Shown piece after piece: positions 8,622 to 18,534 of a stretch of 28,156 nt of DNA. Position numbers and translations under genes: made by a program. Under the pieces are notes generated by a model, which had not been told where the DNA came from, ran no database searches, and was given only the letters and a program-made list of their open reading frames with translations. Each line of letters starts with the position of its first letter. The stretch's first letter is position 1. Origin of the DNA: Opitutales bacterium (lineage in GTDB: Bacteria; Verrucomicrobiota; Verrucomicrobiia; Opitutales; UBA953); the NCBI GenBank assembly GCA_040398005.1, contig JBBAUX010000004.1, positions 1 through 28,156 of the forward strand, read 5' to 3'.

Positions 8622-9116
8622 ATGATGATTAGATTTTTACTAAGCCTTTGCTGGATAAGTATCGCCTGGGCCGGAGCTGAGCCACCCAACGCTAAGGATT
8701 TCGATTCTTGGCAGAAAAGCCGCATGGAACTTCAATCCAAGTTTTCTGTTCTACAGGCCAAACTCTCCAAGGATTCGACTAAAATTGTGGACGATGATCA
8801 GCACGAGGCTCTCGCTTTTTTCGCCTCACTCTCCCAATTCAAAAAAGATTTTTCCACTTTCGAAGAGAAACGATTCACTTATTGGAATAATGAAGGGCTC
8901 TGGTCGTCTAAGAATTGGAACAAAGGTGAATGTATTAAACAAACGGTTGATAAACTGAGGGCGAGTTTGGATGAAATTAACGCGGCTAAACTTTCAGCGT
9001 CACCGCCCTTTTCTAAACCCGATATTAATGCAGCTCAGAAGCTTCTCAACGCGGTCCGTAATGCCACCGACCTAGATAAAGAATTGCAGACCAAGGCCAA
9101 GGCCTTGGTAAAATAA
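8622..9116 (+). CDS. Secreted, probably all-helical hypothetical protein
   Basis: Signal peptide ending AWA; amphipathic Lys/Asp/Leu-rich helices; fills the gap between neighbouring genes. Confidence 0.7.
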   Translation: MMIRFLLSLCWISIAWAGAEPPNAKDFDSWQKSRMELQSKFSVLQAKLSKDSTKIVDDDQHEALAFFASLSQFKKDFSTFEEKRFTYWNNEGLWSSKNWNKGECIKQTVDKLRASLDEINAAKLSASPPFSKPDINAAQKLLNAVRNATDLDKELQTKAKALVK

Positions 9117-9117
9117 T

Positions 9118-9573
9118 TTATTCAGGCTCCGATGTTTGCACTAAGAGTTTCAACAGACTCGCGGGTGTGGGATTAGCTTGAGCGGCTGCTTGTAGACCAG
9201 CAGGTATTAAGGATATCGCCTTCTTTTTTAATTCGTCCAATCGATCCTGCACTCGGTTTAAAACGCTTTCCGTATCATTCTGCCCCAACCACACATCGTA
9301 GAGTTTCACTTTCTTATTATCTTCGATGCTATCTTCTTCGCCGATTTCATAGCCACAGTCTTCGAGCTCGTCCCATAAAATCGCATCGGTATCAAACGAG
9401 TCTTCCAGATCGTAGGTGCGAATTCCCGTGAGCCATTCATCCAAAGCTTTAAACGCGGCCTGATGTGAGTCGATAATTTCGGTGAAAGTGAAATCGATGC
9501 CGACGCCGACGAGCGTTTGACCCTCAACGACATCACCCAGTTTAATTTCACCGGATTCAGATTCGTCGTTCAT
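9118..9573 (-). CDS. Acidic hypothetical protein
   Basis: Asp/Glu-rich ORF continuing the metH-strand run. ATG at 9573 preferred over TTG at 9591. No recognised motif. Confidence 0.7.
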   Translation of the reverse strand: MNDESESGEIKLGDVVEGQTLVGVGIDFTFTEIIDSHQAAFKALDEWLTGIRTYDLEDSFDTDAILWDELEDCGYEIGEEDSIEDNKKVKLYDVWLGQNDTESVLNRVQDRLDELKKKAISLIPAGLQAAAQANPTPASLLKLLVQTSEPE

Positions 9574-9613
9574 CAATTTAAAATGATACAAATTTAAGAC
9601 TTAGCGATACTGA

Positions 9614-10843
9614 TTACGAATAATCGCCGGCCGCCTGACCCGCCAGCCAACCCGTCGTCCAAGCGCTCTGAAAGTTAAATCCTCCGGTCACTCCATCGAT
9701 ATCTAAAACTTCTCCAGCAAAGAATAGCCCCGGTTGCTTACGGCTTTCCATGGTTTTAAAATTAATTTCCGAGAGTTTCACGCCACCGCAGGTCACGAAC
9801 TCCTCCTTAAACATGCTCTTACCGGTCACCGTGAACTCGGCCTGAGTGAGCTGTTTGTATAATTTATCTAATTGTTGATTATTAATATGAGCCCACGGCG
9901 TGGTCGGATTAATCTCCGCGGCAATCAAGAGTCTCTCCCACAGTCTTTGTGGAATGGGCAGCGGGCTAAACGTCGCAATTTGCTTCCGTGCTTCGGCGAT
10001 GCGTATTTCATTTAATTTCCTACTGAGTGCCGTTTGGCTGAGTTCCGGAACCCAGTTAATCTCGATGCTGAATAGATAATTACTTTCTGCAAATTCCCGT
10101 GCCCCCCAGGCCGAGAGTTTTAAAATAGCCGGTCCGCTCATTCCCCAGTGGGTTAGAAGTAGTGGTCCTTCGGTGGTAAGTTTTGTCCCGTTGGCATGTA
10201 CTTTAACTTTTTCTACGGAAAGTCCGGAGAGATCCACTAAACGATTATCTTGAATATGAAAGGTAAAGAGTGAGGGTACCGGCGAAATGATGGTATGACC
10301 AAAACTCTCGGCGATGGCTAAACCGCCCGATGATTTATTTCCGCCCGTGGCGATAATGACTTTATCGAATAACTCCATCTCGCCTGAATTTAATTCCACC
10401 TCAAATTTCTCATTAAGATACTGAATAGTTTTAACGCCGTGTTGGACTAAAATTTTAACCCGATTTTTCTGGGCGGCATCGTTCAGTGCATTAACAATCG
10501 ATTCAGAGTTATCCGACGTCGGAAACATGCGTCCGTCTTCCTCTGTCTTAGTTTCTACGCCACGTGTATTAAACCAGGCTAAGGTATCACGAGGTTGAAA
10601 GCGGTGAAACGCACCTAAAAGTTCGCGACCGCCGCGTGGGTAATTTTTAACTAATTGCTCTGGTTCAAAACAGGCATGGGTGACGTTGCACCGCCCACCT
10701 CCTGATATTTTTACTTTCGATAAAAGATGCGGCGTGGCTTCGTAGAGAAACACCTGCGTGTCAGACTTTTCAGCACAGGTAATCGCCGCAAAGAATCCCG
10801 CCGCTCCACCCCCAATCACTAAAATGCGCTGTGGGGTGGACAT
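9614..10843 (-). CDS. HI0933/YhiN/BaiN family FAD-dependent oxidoreductase
   Basis: GGGAAG, KVKISGGGRCNVT, GRMFP, ATGG, LLTHWGMSGPAIL, VTCGGV, GEVLDIDGVTGGFNFQSAW. Confidence 0.95.
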   Translation of the reverse strand: MSTPQRILVIGGGAAGFFAAITCAEKSDTQVFLYEATPHLLSKVKISGGGRCNVTHACFEPEQLVKNYPRGGRELLGAFHRFQPRDTLAWFNTRGVETKTEEDGRMFPTSDNSESIVNALNDAAQKNRVKILVQHGVKTIQYLNEKFEVELNSGEMELFDKVIIATGGNKSSGGLAIAESFGHTIISPVPSLFTFHIQDNRLVDLSGLSVEKVKVHANGTKLTTEGPLLLTHWGMSGPAILKLSAWGAREFAESNYLFSIEINWVPELSQTALSRKLNEIRIAEARKQIATFSPLPIPQRLWERLLIAAEINPTTPWAHINNQQLDKLYKQLTQAEFTVTGKSMFKEEFVTCGGVKLSEINFKTMESRKQPGLFFAGEVLDIDGVTGGFNFQSAWTTGWLAGQAAGDYS

Positions 10844-11172
10844 TACTGATCACTAAATCCGTATTGTGCTAGCATACGTTCCGTCGCTTCACTGAGTTTT
10901 GGTCGCATGATGGTTGGCGTATTCTTGAAGGCATCAACCGTACAACTCAGATACCCCAGCTTTCGTTCAATCGGGTAATCTTGTTTTTTTGATTCGAGCC
11001 AGAGCTGTAATAAGGCCATCGCCTTAAACCATTCAATCCATTCGCAATCACCTTGATCTATAGAGCTGAGGATAGTTTCTGGGCTACTCGTTGTTCCCAA
11101 AAATCGCTTAACGGCTTGAGCCTGCGTTGCGTCCAAGCCTTCCAAAATATTCTGCAACTCGGATTCGTTCAT
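10843..11172 (-). CDS. Small hypothetical protein translationally coupled to metH and the HI0933 gene
   Basis: TAATG stop/start overlaps at both ends (11170-11174 and 10841-10845). Confidence 0.75.
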   Translation of the reverse strand: MNESELQNILEGLDATQAQAVKRFLGTTSSPETILSSIDQGDCEWIEWFKAMALLQLWLESKKQDYPIERKLGYLSCTVDAFKNTPTIMRPKLSEATERMLAQYGFSDQ

Positions 11173-14100
11173 TAAGTTTTATATCCTAAAACGGGGGCTA
11201 ACCATTTTTCGGCTTCGGCGACTGACCAGCCTTTTCTCTTCGCGTAATCTTCCACTTGGTCGCGACCGAGCGAATCGACGTCGAAGTAAATGGCCTGTGG
11301 ATTGCCGAAATAAATACCCGAAACCGAAGCTGCCGGATTCATGGCAAATGATTCCGTTAAAGTGCAATCGATGCGGTCGGCTTGGAGCAGTCTCCAGATT
11401 TCGCCTTTCTCGGTGTGCTCGGGACAGGCTGGATAGCCGGCAGCGGGTCGACGCCCCGCATACTTCTCGTCTACTAATTCTTCCACCGTTAAGCTTTCAT
11501 GGGGAGCATAGCCCCAGAGATTTTTGCGTACTTCGCAGTGGAGCCACTCGGCGCAACCTTCCGCCAGTCGATCTGCAATGGCCTGAATAAGAATATGACG
11601 ATAAGGATCTTTTTCCTTAAATGATGCGGCGTAGGTTTCGATTTCTTGTCCTGCGGATACCGCAAAGGCTCCGATGTGATCTCCTGGTTCAGCTGATACG
11701 AAATCAGCGAGCGAGCGACAGGTTTTTACCTGTGGTCGTTTCTTTTGGTCTCTCAGGAAATGGAATTTACCAATTTCTTTTTTCTGTGATTCATCAGCAA
11801 ATACTGCCACGTCGTCGTCGACTCTGCGGGCCGACCAAATACCAGCCACGCCTCTAAGATGAAAACGATTTTCCTTAATTAATAAATCAAGTTCTCGGCG
11901 GGCATCATCAAACAACTTACGTGCCTCGGTTCCGTATTTTTCCGAGTTAAATATTTTGGGGAAGGTGCCTTTTAAACTCCAGGTGACAAAGAAAGGCGTC
12001 CAATCAATCATGGCCGCAACGGACGCACCATCGATTCGCTCAAAGAGTGCGACGCCCGATTTTTTCGGTGCTGGTTGGAGTGGTGCATTAAGTTGGAGGC
12101 TTTTTTGTCGAGCTTCAGCTAAGGGAATAACTTCCGCAGGCTGATTTTTCTCATAGGCCTCACGCTTGCTCAGCTGACTTTCCTTGAGTGATTCAACATA
12201 CGCCTTTTTTTTCTGTGGATTGAGTAAGTCGCTACAAACGCCCGTGACCAAAGAAGCATCGCTCACGTGCACCACGGGTCCGTCATAATGCTGGGCGAGT
12301 TTGATGGCCGTGTGATCTTCCGACGTGGTAGCGCCACCGATTAATAAAGGTGTAGTGAATCCAGAACGCTTTAATTCTTTAGCGACGGCCGCCATTTCAT
12401 CCAGCGATGGTGTGATTAGTCCCGATAGTCCAATAAAGTCCGGATTAAGTCTACGAGCTTCCTCAATGATTTTTTCACAGGAAGTCATCACTCCTAAATC
12501 GGTTACCGCGTAGTTATTACACGCTAATACCACACCTACGATATTTTTACCGATGTCGTGGACGTCGCCTCGTACGGTGGCGATGAGAAATTTGCCCTGT
12601 TGCGAGCCATCAGACTTTTCGTCAGCCATGAAGGGCTCTAGGTGTCGCACCGCGGTTTTCATGACGCGTGCTGATTTCACTACCTGCGGTAAAAACATTT
12701 TACCTTCGCCGAAAAGTTTTCCCACCACCCGCATGCCGTCCATGAGTGGTCCTTCGATAACTAATAGAGGGCGACCGAGTTTTTGGCGGGCCTCTTCGGT
12801 ATCCGCGACAATAAAATCTTCCACACCCTTAACGAGCGCGTGTTCGATCCTCTTTTCAGTGGGGAGATTTCGCCACTCGTTCTTTTTGGAATGATCGACT
12901 TCGGTCTTCGTTCCCGAAAATGACGGCGCTGCTTCGGTGAGTCGTTCCGTCGCTTGTGCATTCCGATTTAAAATAACATCTTCGACGAGTTCTTTAAGCT
13001 TCGGGTCAATATCCGTGTAAACTTCGAGCATGCCTGCATTCACAATCGCCATGTCTAAACCTGCGGCGATGGCATGATAGAGGAAGGCCGAGTGCATCGC
13101 TTCACGTACAGGATTATTCCCGCGGTAGGAGAATGATACGTTGGAGAGGCCACCCGAAGTTCTTACGCCCGGACAAACTTTCTTAATTTCACGCACCGCA
13201 TTGATGAAATCGAGGGCATAACTGTCGTGCTCTTTCATGCCTGTAGCAACAGTCAGAATATTCGCATCGAAGATAATGTCCTGCGGATCGACGCCTGCTT
13301 TTTCGGTGAGAATTTTATAGGCCCGCTGACAAATTCTTACCTTGTCTTCAAACGTGGCGGCCTGACCTTTCTCATCAAACGCCATCACGACCATGGCCGC
13401 ACCGTAACGTTTACAGAGTTTCGCTTGGTAGATGAAAATTTCTTCCCCTTCTTTTAGCGAAATAGAATTAACAATGGCTTTGCCTTGGACGCATTGCAGA
13501 CCTGCTTCGAGAATTTCCCATTTCGACGAATCGATCATCACGGGCACGCGGGCAATGTCGGGCTCCGTCGCAATTAAATTGAGAAACTTAACCATCGCCG
13601 CTTTGCCGTCGAGCAGGCCGGCATCAAAATTAACATCAATAATACCGGCGCCCGCTTCAACTTGTTGTTTCGCCACCGTGATGGCCATGCGATAATCATT
13701 ATCTTCAATGAGCTTTTTAAATTTAGGTGATCCGGCTACATTGGTGCGTTCACCGATATTGACGAAGGATTGAGCACCGCCGACGACATTCAGTGCTTCT
13801 AATCCAGATAGTCGTAACGCGGGCGAGCTGACGGGTGCTACGCGTGGAGGATATTTTTCGACGCGACGTTTAATCGCGGCGATGTGTGCAGGCGTGGTGC
13901 CGCAACAACCGCCGACAATGTTGACCAGGCCATCGCGCGCAAAAGTTTCGAGAATAATTGCCGTGTCTTCGGGGCCTTCAGGAAATCCGGTCGGCGATAG
14001 AGGATTGGGCAATCCTGCATTCGGATAGCAGGAGACGTAAATTTCAGACTTACGCGAAAGTTCGTCGATGTGTGGGCGCATCTGTTCTCCACCGAGCGCA

Positions 14101-14861
14101 CAGTTCATGCCGATGCTGATGGGGTGAGCGTAGCGTACGGAATTCCAGAACGCTTCGGTGGTCTGACCCGTGAGTGTGCGTCCCGATGCATCGGTAATCG
14201 TACCCGAGATCATTAACGGCAGGCGATACCCACGTGCCTCGAAGGCTTCATCAATAGCAAAGAGTGCCGCTTTTAAAACGAGCGTATCAAAAACCGTTTC
14301 ACAAAGTAAGAGGTCGGCGCCCGCGTCGATCAACGCATCCACCTGTTCGCGATAAGAGTCTTTTAATTCAACAAAAGTGATATCGCGTTTACCGGGGTCG
14401 TTCACATCGCGTGACATCGACAAGGTTTTATTCGTCGGACCGAGCGCGCCTGCGACGAAGCACAGTCGACCAGGCGATTTCGCTTTAATTTCATCGCACG
14501 CTTGTTTAGCGATTTTTACCGCCGCCGTATTTAAATCACGAACCAAGTGGCCCATCTTATAGTCTTCCATTGCGATGGAAGTACCGTTGAACGTGTTGGT
14601 CTCTAAAATATCCGCTCCTGCTTCGAGGTAGTCACGGTGAATCTTTAAAATGGCTTCAGGTTTGGTTAAAACGAGTAGATCATTATTACCTTTCAGTTCG
14701 CCCGGGTGATTTGCGAAAAGTGTTCCACGATAATCCTCTTCCGTGAGTTTTAATTGTTGAATCATTGTCCCCATCGCGCCGTCCAAAAAGACAATACGTT
14801 GACGCAACAGCCCTACCAGGCTTTCGCCGGTTTTGGTATAGGGTAGCAGCTTAAATGACAT
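11172..14861 (-). CDS. metH: Cobalamin-dependent methionine synthase
   Basis: DGAMGTMIQ, Zn ligands GMNC and GGCCG, pterin domain [10 protein letters not shown] and DSSKW, B12 motif GDVHDIGKN...SGLITPSL, activation domain [12 protein letters not shown]. Confidence 0.98.
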   Translation of the reverse strand: MSFKLLPYTKTGESLVGLLRQRIVFLDGAMGTMIQQLKLTEEDYRGTLFANHPGELKGNNDLLVLTKPEAILKIHRDYLEAGADILETNTFNGTSIAMEDYKMGHLVRDLNTAAVKIAKQACDEIKAKSPGRLCFVAGALGPTNKTLSMSRDVNDPGKRDITFVELKDSYREQVDALIDAGADLLLCETVFDTLVLKAALFAIDEAFEARGYRLPLMISGTITDASGRTLTGQTTEAFWNSVRYAHPISIGMNCALGGEQMRPHIDELSRKSEIYVSCYPNAGLPNPLSPTGFPEGPEDTAIILETFARDGLVNIVGGCCGTTPAHIAAIKRRVEKYPPRVAPVSSPALRLSGLEALNVVGGAQSFVNIGERTNVAGSPKFKKLIEDNDYRMAITVAKQQVEAGAGIIDVNFDAGLLDGKAAMVKFLNLIATEPDIARVPVMIDSSKWEILEAGLQCVQGKAIVNSISLKEGEEIFIYQAKLCKRYGAAMVVMAFDEKGQAATFEDKVRICQRAYKILTEKAGVDPQDIIFDANILTVATGMKEHDSYALDFINAVREIKKVCPGVRTSGGLSNVSFSYRGNNPVREAMHSAFLYHAIAAGLDMAIVNAGMLEVYTDIDPKLKELVEDVILNRNAQATERLTEAAPSFSGTKTEVDHSKKNEWRNLPTEKRIEHALVKGVEDFIVADTEEARQKLGRPLLVIEGPLMDGMRVVGKLFGEGKMFLPQVVKSARVMKTAVRHLEPFMADEKSDGSQQGKFLIATVRGDVHDIGKNIVGVVLACNNYAVTDLGVMTSCEKIIEEARRLNPDFIGLSGLITPSLDEMAAVAKELKRSGFTTPLLIGGATTSEDHTAIKLAQHYDGPVVHVSDASLVTGVCSDLLNPQKKKAYVESLKESQLSKREAYEKNQPAEVIPLAEARQKSLQLNAPLQPAPKKSGVALFERIDGASVAAMIDWTPFFVTWSLKGTFPKIFNSEKYGTEARKLFDDARRELDLLIKENRFHLRGVAGIWSARRVDDDVAVFADESQKKEIGKFHFLRDQKKRPQVKTCRSLADFVSAEPGDHIGAFAVSAGQEIETYAASFKEKDPYRHILIQAIADRLAEGCAEWLHCEVRKNLWGYAPHESLTVEELVDEKYAGRRPAAGYPACPEHTEKGEIWRLLQADRIDCTLTESFAMNPAASVSGIYFGNPQAIYFDVDSLGRDQVEDYAKRKGWSVAEAEKWLAPVLGYKT

Positions 14862-14918
14862 TGGTTTTACCGTGAGATTATCTAGGCGAGGGTCAAGGCA
14901 CAGACGGTAACTCTTGTG

Positions 14919-15584
14919 TCATGCTGGCAAATCGGGCTTTTTGCACTTCGGCAAATCTTGCGAGCGGTATAAAACGATACGTTTTCCCTCAAATTTCTCA
15001 TCATTCCAAAGTAAGGGACGAAGTTCAAAACTGAAGAACGGGCTGATGCCTGAGTCGGCTTTTTCCACGGCGGGGTCGCCGCCTTGCCAATAGAGAATGC
15101 CATTGGGCAAAGAGTGTTTCATGCCGTGAATAATGAGTTGTTTGGTTTGATGGACGAAAGTGCGAAGATCCGCCACGGCCCGACCCATAATAAAGTCGTG
15201 GTCATGATTCAGTGTCTCCGCCCGGGCCACCACCGGCTGAACATTTTTGAGATTCAGACGTTTAACAATATCTTCCACCACCAATATTTTTTTCCCAACG
15301 GAATCGACCAATGTAAATTCAGCGGTGGGGTAAAGCACGGCTAAGACTAATCCCGGGAAACCGCCGCCGGTACCAACATCAATAATCTTAGCGCCGGGTT
15401 GCAGTTTTAAGAATTTAATCGCGGCAATAGAGGGGGCATAGTGATGCCGCTCAAGGTTTTCGATGTCTTTACGCGATACTAAATTAATCTTTTCATTCCA
15501 TTCGCGATGGAGTGCCGCCATTTCAGTTAATTTCGCCCACTGCGCCTCATTAAGCTCTGGAAAAATAGAGTGTAAGTTTTGCAT
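14919..15584 (-). CDS. rsmG: 16S rRNA m7G527 methyltransferase RsmG (GidB)
   Basis: WNEKINLVS, RH..S, DVGTGGGFPG, LVDSVGKK, RAE, RAVA. Confidence 0.95.
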   Translation of the reverse strand: MQNLHSIFPELNEAQWAKLTEMAALHREWNEKINLVSRKDIENLERHHYAPSIAAIKFLKLQPGAKIIDVGTGGGFPGLVLAVLYPTAEFTLVDSVGKKILVVEDIVKRLNLKNVQPVVARAETLNHDHDFIMGRAVADLRTFVHQTKQLIIHGMKHSLPNGILYWQGGDPAVEKADSGISPFFSFELRPLLWNDEKFEGKRIVLYRSQDLPKCKKPDLPA

Positions 15585-15677
15585 TTAATCTTGGGTCACA
15601 ATGAGCCACACCTCCGACTTGGCAAGGAAAGGCATTTCAGGCTTCACAGTCGCACTTTATTAAACCAGTTTAATGCT

Positions 15678-15974
15678 ATGTTTCACCACCTCGTCTTTTT
15701 CTATCTGCGCAAAGATCTCACGCCCGCTGAGCGATTACAGTTTGAAACTAAATTGAGAGGCTTAGATAAAATTAAATCCATCACATCTTGTTATATTGGC
15801 CGCCCCACGCCGTCCGAGCGCGCCATCGTCGATACCTCGTATGACTTCGCAGAAATGTTTATTTTCAAAAGTCAGGCCGAACACGACGCCTATCAGGTCG
15901 ACCCCATTCACGTGGATTTCGTCCAGTCTTGTAAGACATTTTGGAGCTCGGTTAAGATTTACGACTTCGAATAA
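15678..15974 (+). CDS. Dabb (stress-responsive alpha/beta barrel) family protein
   Basis: From ATG 15678: MFHHLVFF, SYDFA, HDAYQVDPIHVDFV, VKIYDFE. The longer TTG start overlaps the rsmG start and is unlikely. Confidence 0.88.
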   Translation: MFHHLVFFYLRKDLTPAERLQFETKLRGLDKIKSITSCYIGRPTPSERAIVDTSYDFAEMFIFKSQAEHDAYQVDPIHVDFVQSCKTFWSSVKIYDFE

Positions 15975-16016
15975 ATTCATAAGTTACTTATTAACACGTA
16001 CTTATAAATATTCTTT

Positions 16017-16050
16017 ATTGTTAACCTGCGGAGACTTAAGGCTTAACAAT
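16017..16050. promoter_or_regulatory. BirA (biotin repressor) operator
   Basis: ATTGTTAAC-N16-CTTAACAAT matches the wwTGTtAAC-N14..16-GTTaACAww consensus with one mismatch, 27 nt upstream of bioA. Confidence 0.8.
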
Positions 16051-16077
16051 AGGCAGTTTAGGGCTTAATTAATAGGG

Positions 16078-17451
16078 GTGTCATCCGCCTCACCAGCACC
16101 CAGTCGATCGACCGATGCTATTGATTTAGCGGACAGCAAACACGCGTGGCATCCTTTCACTCAGATGAAGGAGTATCAGACCAATCCGCGTCTGCATTTG
16201 GTGCGCGGCGAAGGTTCGTGGTTAATCGATACTGAAGGCCGTAAATTCTTAGACGGAAATGCATCGGTGTGGACCAATGTCCATGGACATAACGATCCCG
16301 ATTTAAATGCCGCCCTCGAGAAGCAGCTACACCAATTAGCCCATGTTACTTTATTAGGATTAAATCATCCGGTGGCGACTGAGCTGGCTGAAGAACTAGC
16401 CGGACTGACTAACGGACAACTCCCACGATGTTTTTTTACCGACAATGGAAGCAACGCCATCGAGGTCGCACTTAAACTCTCATTTCAGTTTTGGCAATTA
16501 ACCGGTCACTCCGAAAAACGCGGAGTGATTTCCATGTCTGGTGCTTATCACGGCGACACCTTCGGAACGATGTCCGTGGGCGATAATCGCACCTTCCATA
16601 AACGCTTCTCGCCCTGGCTTTTTCTTTCTCAAATGTTTGAGGCACCGCGCCACGAAGAATGTGCAGGTAAGATTAAATTTTCAGACGCAACCCAATCGCT
16701 TCAAGCATTAGAAAACATTTTAAAATCTCAAGCCGCACAAACCGCTTCGCTTATTATTGAACCTCGTGTCCAAGGCGCCTCGGGAATGCACCAGCAACCT
16801 GCCGGATTCGTTAAAGCGGTCGCTCAACTTTGTCGGCAATACAATGTGCATTTAATTCTCGACGAAGTTTTCACTGGTTTCGGTCGACTGGGCTCATTAA
16901 CCGCGTGTTCCACTGAAGATGTCACACCTGATTTTCTTTGCTTAGCTAAAGGATTGGCTGCCGGATATTTACCTTTAGCTGCTACACTCACTTCGGAGAA
17001 AATTTATGAGGCATTTCAGGGCGAGTTTTCCGAAGGACGCACCTTTTTCCACGGTCATACTTTTTCGGGGAATCCTTTGGGCTGTGCCGTTGCCTTGGCA
17101 TCATTAAAAAAACTTCGCCCCATGATTTCTTCGGGTCAAATCGCTGAACGTGCTCAACAGTTAGGAGAAGAAATTCAAAAGAATTTTTCTGATCATCCTA
17201 ACATCGCCAGTTATCGTCAGTACGGATTAACTGGTGCGGTTGATTTTAAATCTACCAACGAGAAAAATTGGTCCGTTGATATGCGTGTGGGATATCAAAT
17301 CGCTTTGGCTGCACGTCGTCACGGACTCGTGATTCGACCGCTCGGAGATTCTATTCTATTCGTCCCACCCATTTCTATTCAACCCACTGAAATTACTCAC
17401 CTCGTGCAAGCGGTACGACGAGCGATGGATGATGTAATTCCCAATCTTTAA
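16078..17451 (+). CDS. bioA: 7,8-diaminopelargonic acid aminotransferase (class III PLP)
   Basis: [36 protein letters not shown] lysine in [22 protein letters not shown]. Confidence 0.96.
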   Translation: MSSASPAPSRSTDAIDLADSKHAWHPFTQMKEYQTNPRLHLVRGEGSWLIDTEGRKFLDGNASVWTNVHGHNDPDLNAALEKQLHQLAHVTLLGLNHPVATELAEELAGLTNGQLPRCFFTDNGSNAIEVALKLSFQFWQLTGHSEKRGVISMSGAYHGDTFGTMSVGDNRTFHKRFSPWLFLSQMFEAPRHEECAGKIKFSDATQSLQALENILKSQAAQTASLIIEPRVQGASGMHQQPAGFVKAVAQLCRQYNVHLILDEVFTGFGRLGSLTACSTEDVTPDFLCLAKGLAAGYLPLAATLTSEKIYEAFQGEFSEGRTFFHGHTFSGNPLGCAVALASLKKLRPMISSGQIAERAQQLGEEIQKNFSDHPNIASYRQYGLTGAVDFKSTNEKNWSVDMRVGYQIALAARRHGLVIRPLGDSILFVPPISIQPTEITHLVQAVRRAMDDVIPNL

Positions 17452-17458
17452 TATTATT

Positions 17459-18532
17459 ATGACTAACCACACTCAAGCCCGTGCCCTCTACGATTTGTCT
17501 CTCAACACCTTGATTTTCAAGGCTCAGGAGGCACACCAAGCTAACCAAGATCCTGCCGGCGTGCAGCTCTGCACGCTCAAGTCGATTAAGACGGGTGCCT
17601 GCCCGGAAGACTGTGCCTACTGCCCGCAGTCGGTTCACCACAATACCTTCGTCGAAGCCGAATCATTGATGGAAACGGAAACCATCCTCGTGGATGCACG
17701 TCGTGCGAAGTTGGGTGGAGCTTCACGTTTCTGTATGGGTGCGGCTTGGCGTAGAGTGTCAGACGGAAAACAATTTGATAGCGTGCTGAAAACCGTTTCA
17801 GGCGTTAAGGAATTAGGTCTCGAAGTTTGTTGTACGCTCGGAATGTTATCCGAACCACAAGCGGTCCGTCTCAAGGAAGCTGGTTGCGATGTTTATAATC
17901 ACAACCTCGATACCTCGCGCGAGCATTACGCAAAAATCATCACTACCAGAACTTATGATGACCGTCTCCAAACTCTATCGAATGTTCGCAAAGCAGGTTT
18001 AGAAGTTTGTTCGGGCGGAATTATTGGTATGGGGGAAACCGTGGATGACCGTCTAAAGATGCTCGTTGAATTAGCGAATATGGATCCGCAGCCTGACTCC
18101 GTTCCGATCAACGCGCTCGTTGCTGTCGAAGGTACGCCCTTAGCTGGAAGAAAATTCGTCGATTCGATTGAATTCGTGCGCACCATTGCGGTCGCCCGAA
18201 TTTTAATGCCTAAGGCAATGGTTCGACTTTCCGCGGGTCGCGCGAATATGAATCCTGAAACTCAGGCCTTATGCTACTTGGCTGGCGCAAATTCTATTTT
18301 CCTTGGGGAGAAACTTTTGACTACGGGAAATCCCGATATCGAAGAGGATATGAATTTGATGAAGCGTTTAGGGTTACACCCTTTACATCCGGATGAAGCG
18401 CGTCGCGTTCACCGCGGTGAAATCAGTCCTTCCCAAGCCCAAGCAGCAGGCTGGCCGAATCCTGAAGAATTAATGAACACCACTCCTGACGGCGAATCTT
18501 CTGAAGGCTGTGGTTGCTCACCTAATCACTAA
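17459..18532 (+). CDS. bioB: Biotin synthase (radical SAM)
   Basis: [69 protein letters not shown]. Confidence 0.98.
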   Translation: MTNHTQARALYDLSLNTLIFKAQEAHQANQDPAGVQLCTLKSIKTGACPEDCAYCPQSVHHNTFVEAESLMETETILVDARRAKLGGASRFCMGAAWRRVSDGKQFDSVLKTVSGVKELGLEVCCTLGMLSEPQAVRLKEAGCDVYNHNLDTSREHYAKIITTRTYDDRLQTLSNVRKAGLEVCSGGIIGMGETVDDRLKMLVELANMDPQPDSVPINALVAVEGTPLAGRKFVDSIEFVRTIAVARILMPKAMVRLSAGRANMNPETQALCYLAGANSIFLGEKLLTTGNPDIEEDMNLMKRLGLHPLHPDEARRVHRGEISPSQAQAAGWPNPEELMNTTPDGESSEGCGCSPNH

Positions 18533-18534
18533 TC

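Noticed and set aside
14862..14918. Cobalamin or SAM-I riboswitch upstream of metH
   Set aside because: The region is only 57 nt and lacks the B12-box and SAM-I core sequences. Only a small pseudoknot fits, reported under findings.
15579..15677. N-terminal extension of the Dabb ORF
   Set aside because: The TTG start overlaps the divergent rsmG start, and the domain begins at ATG 15678.
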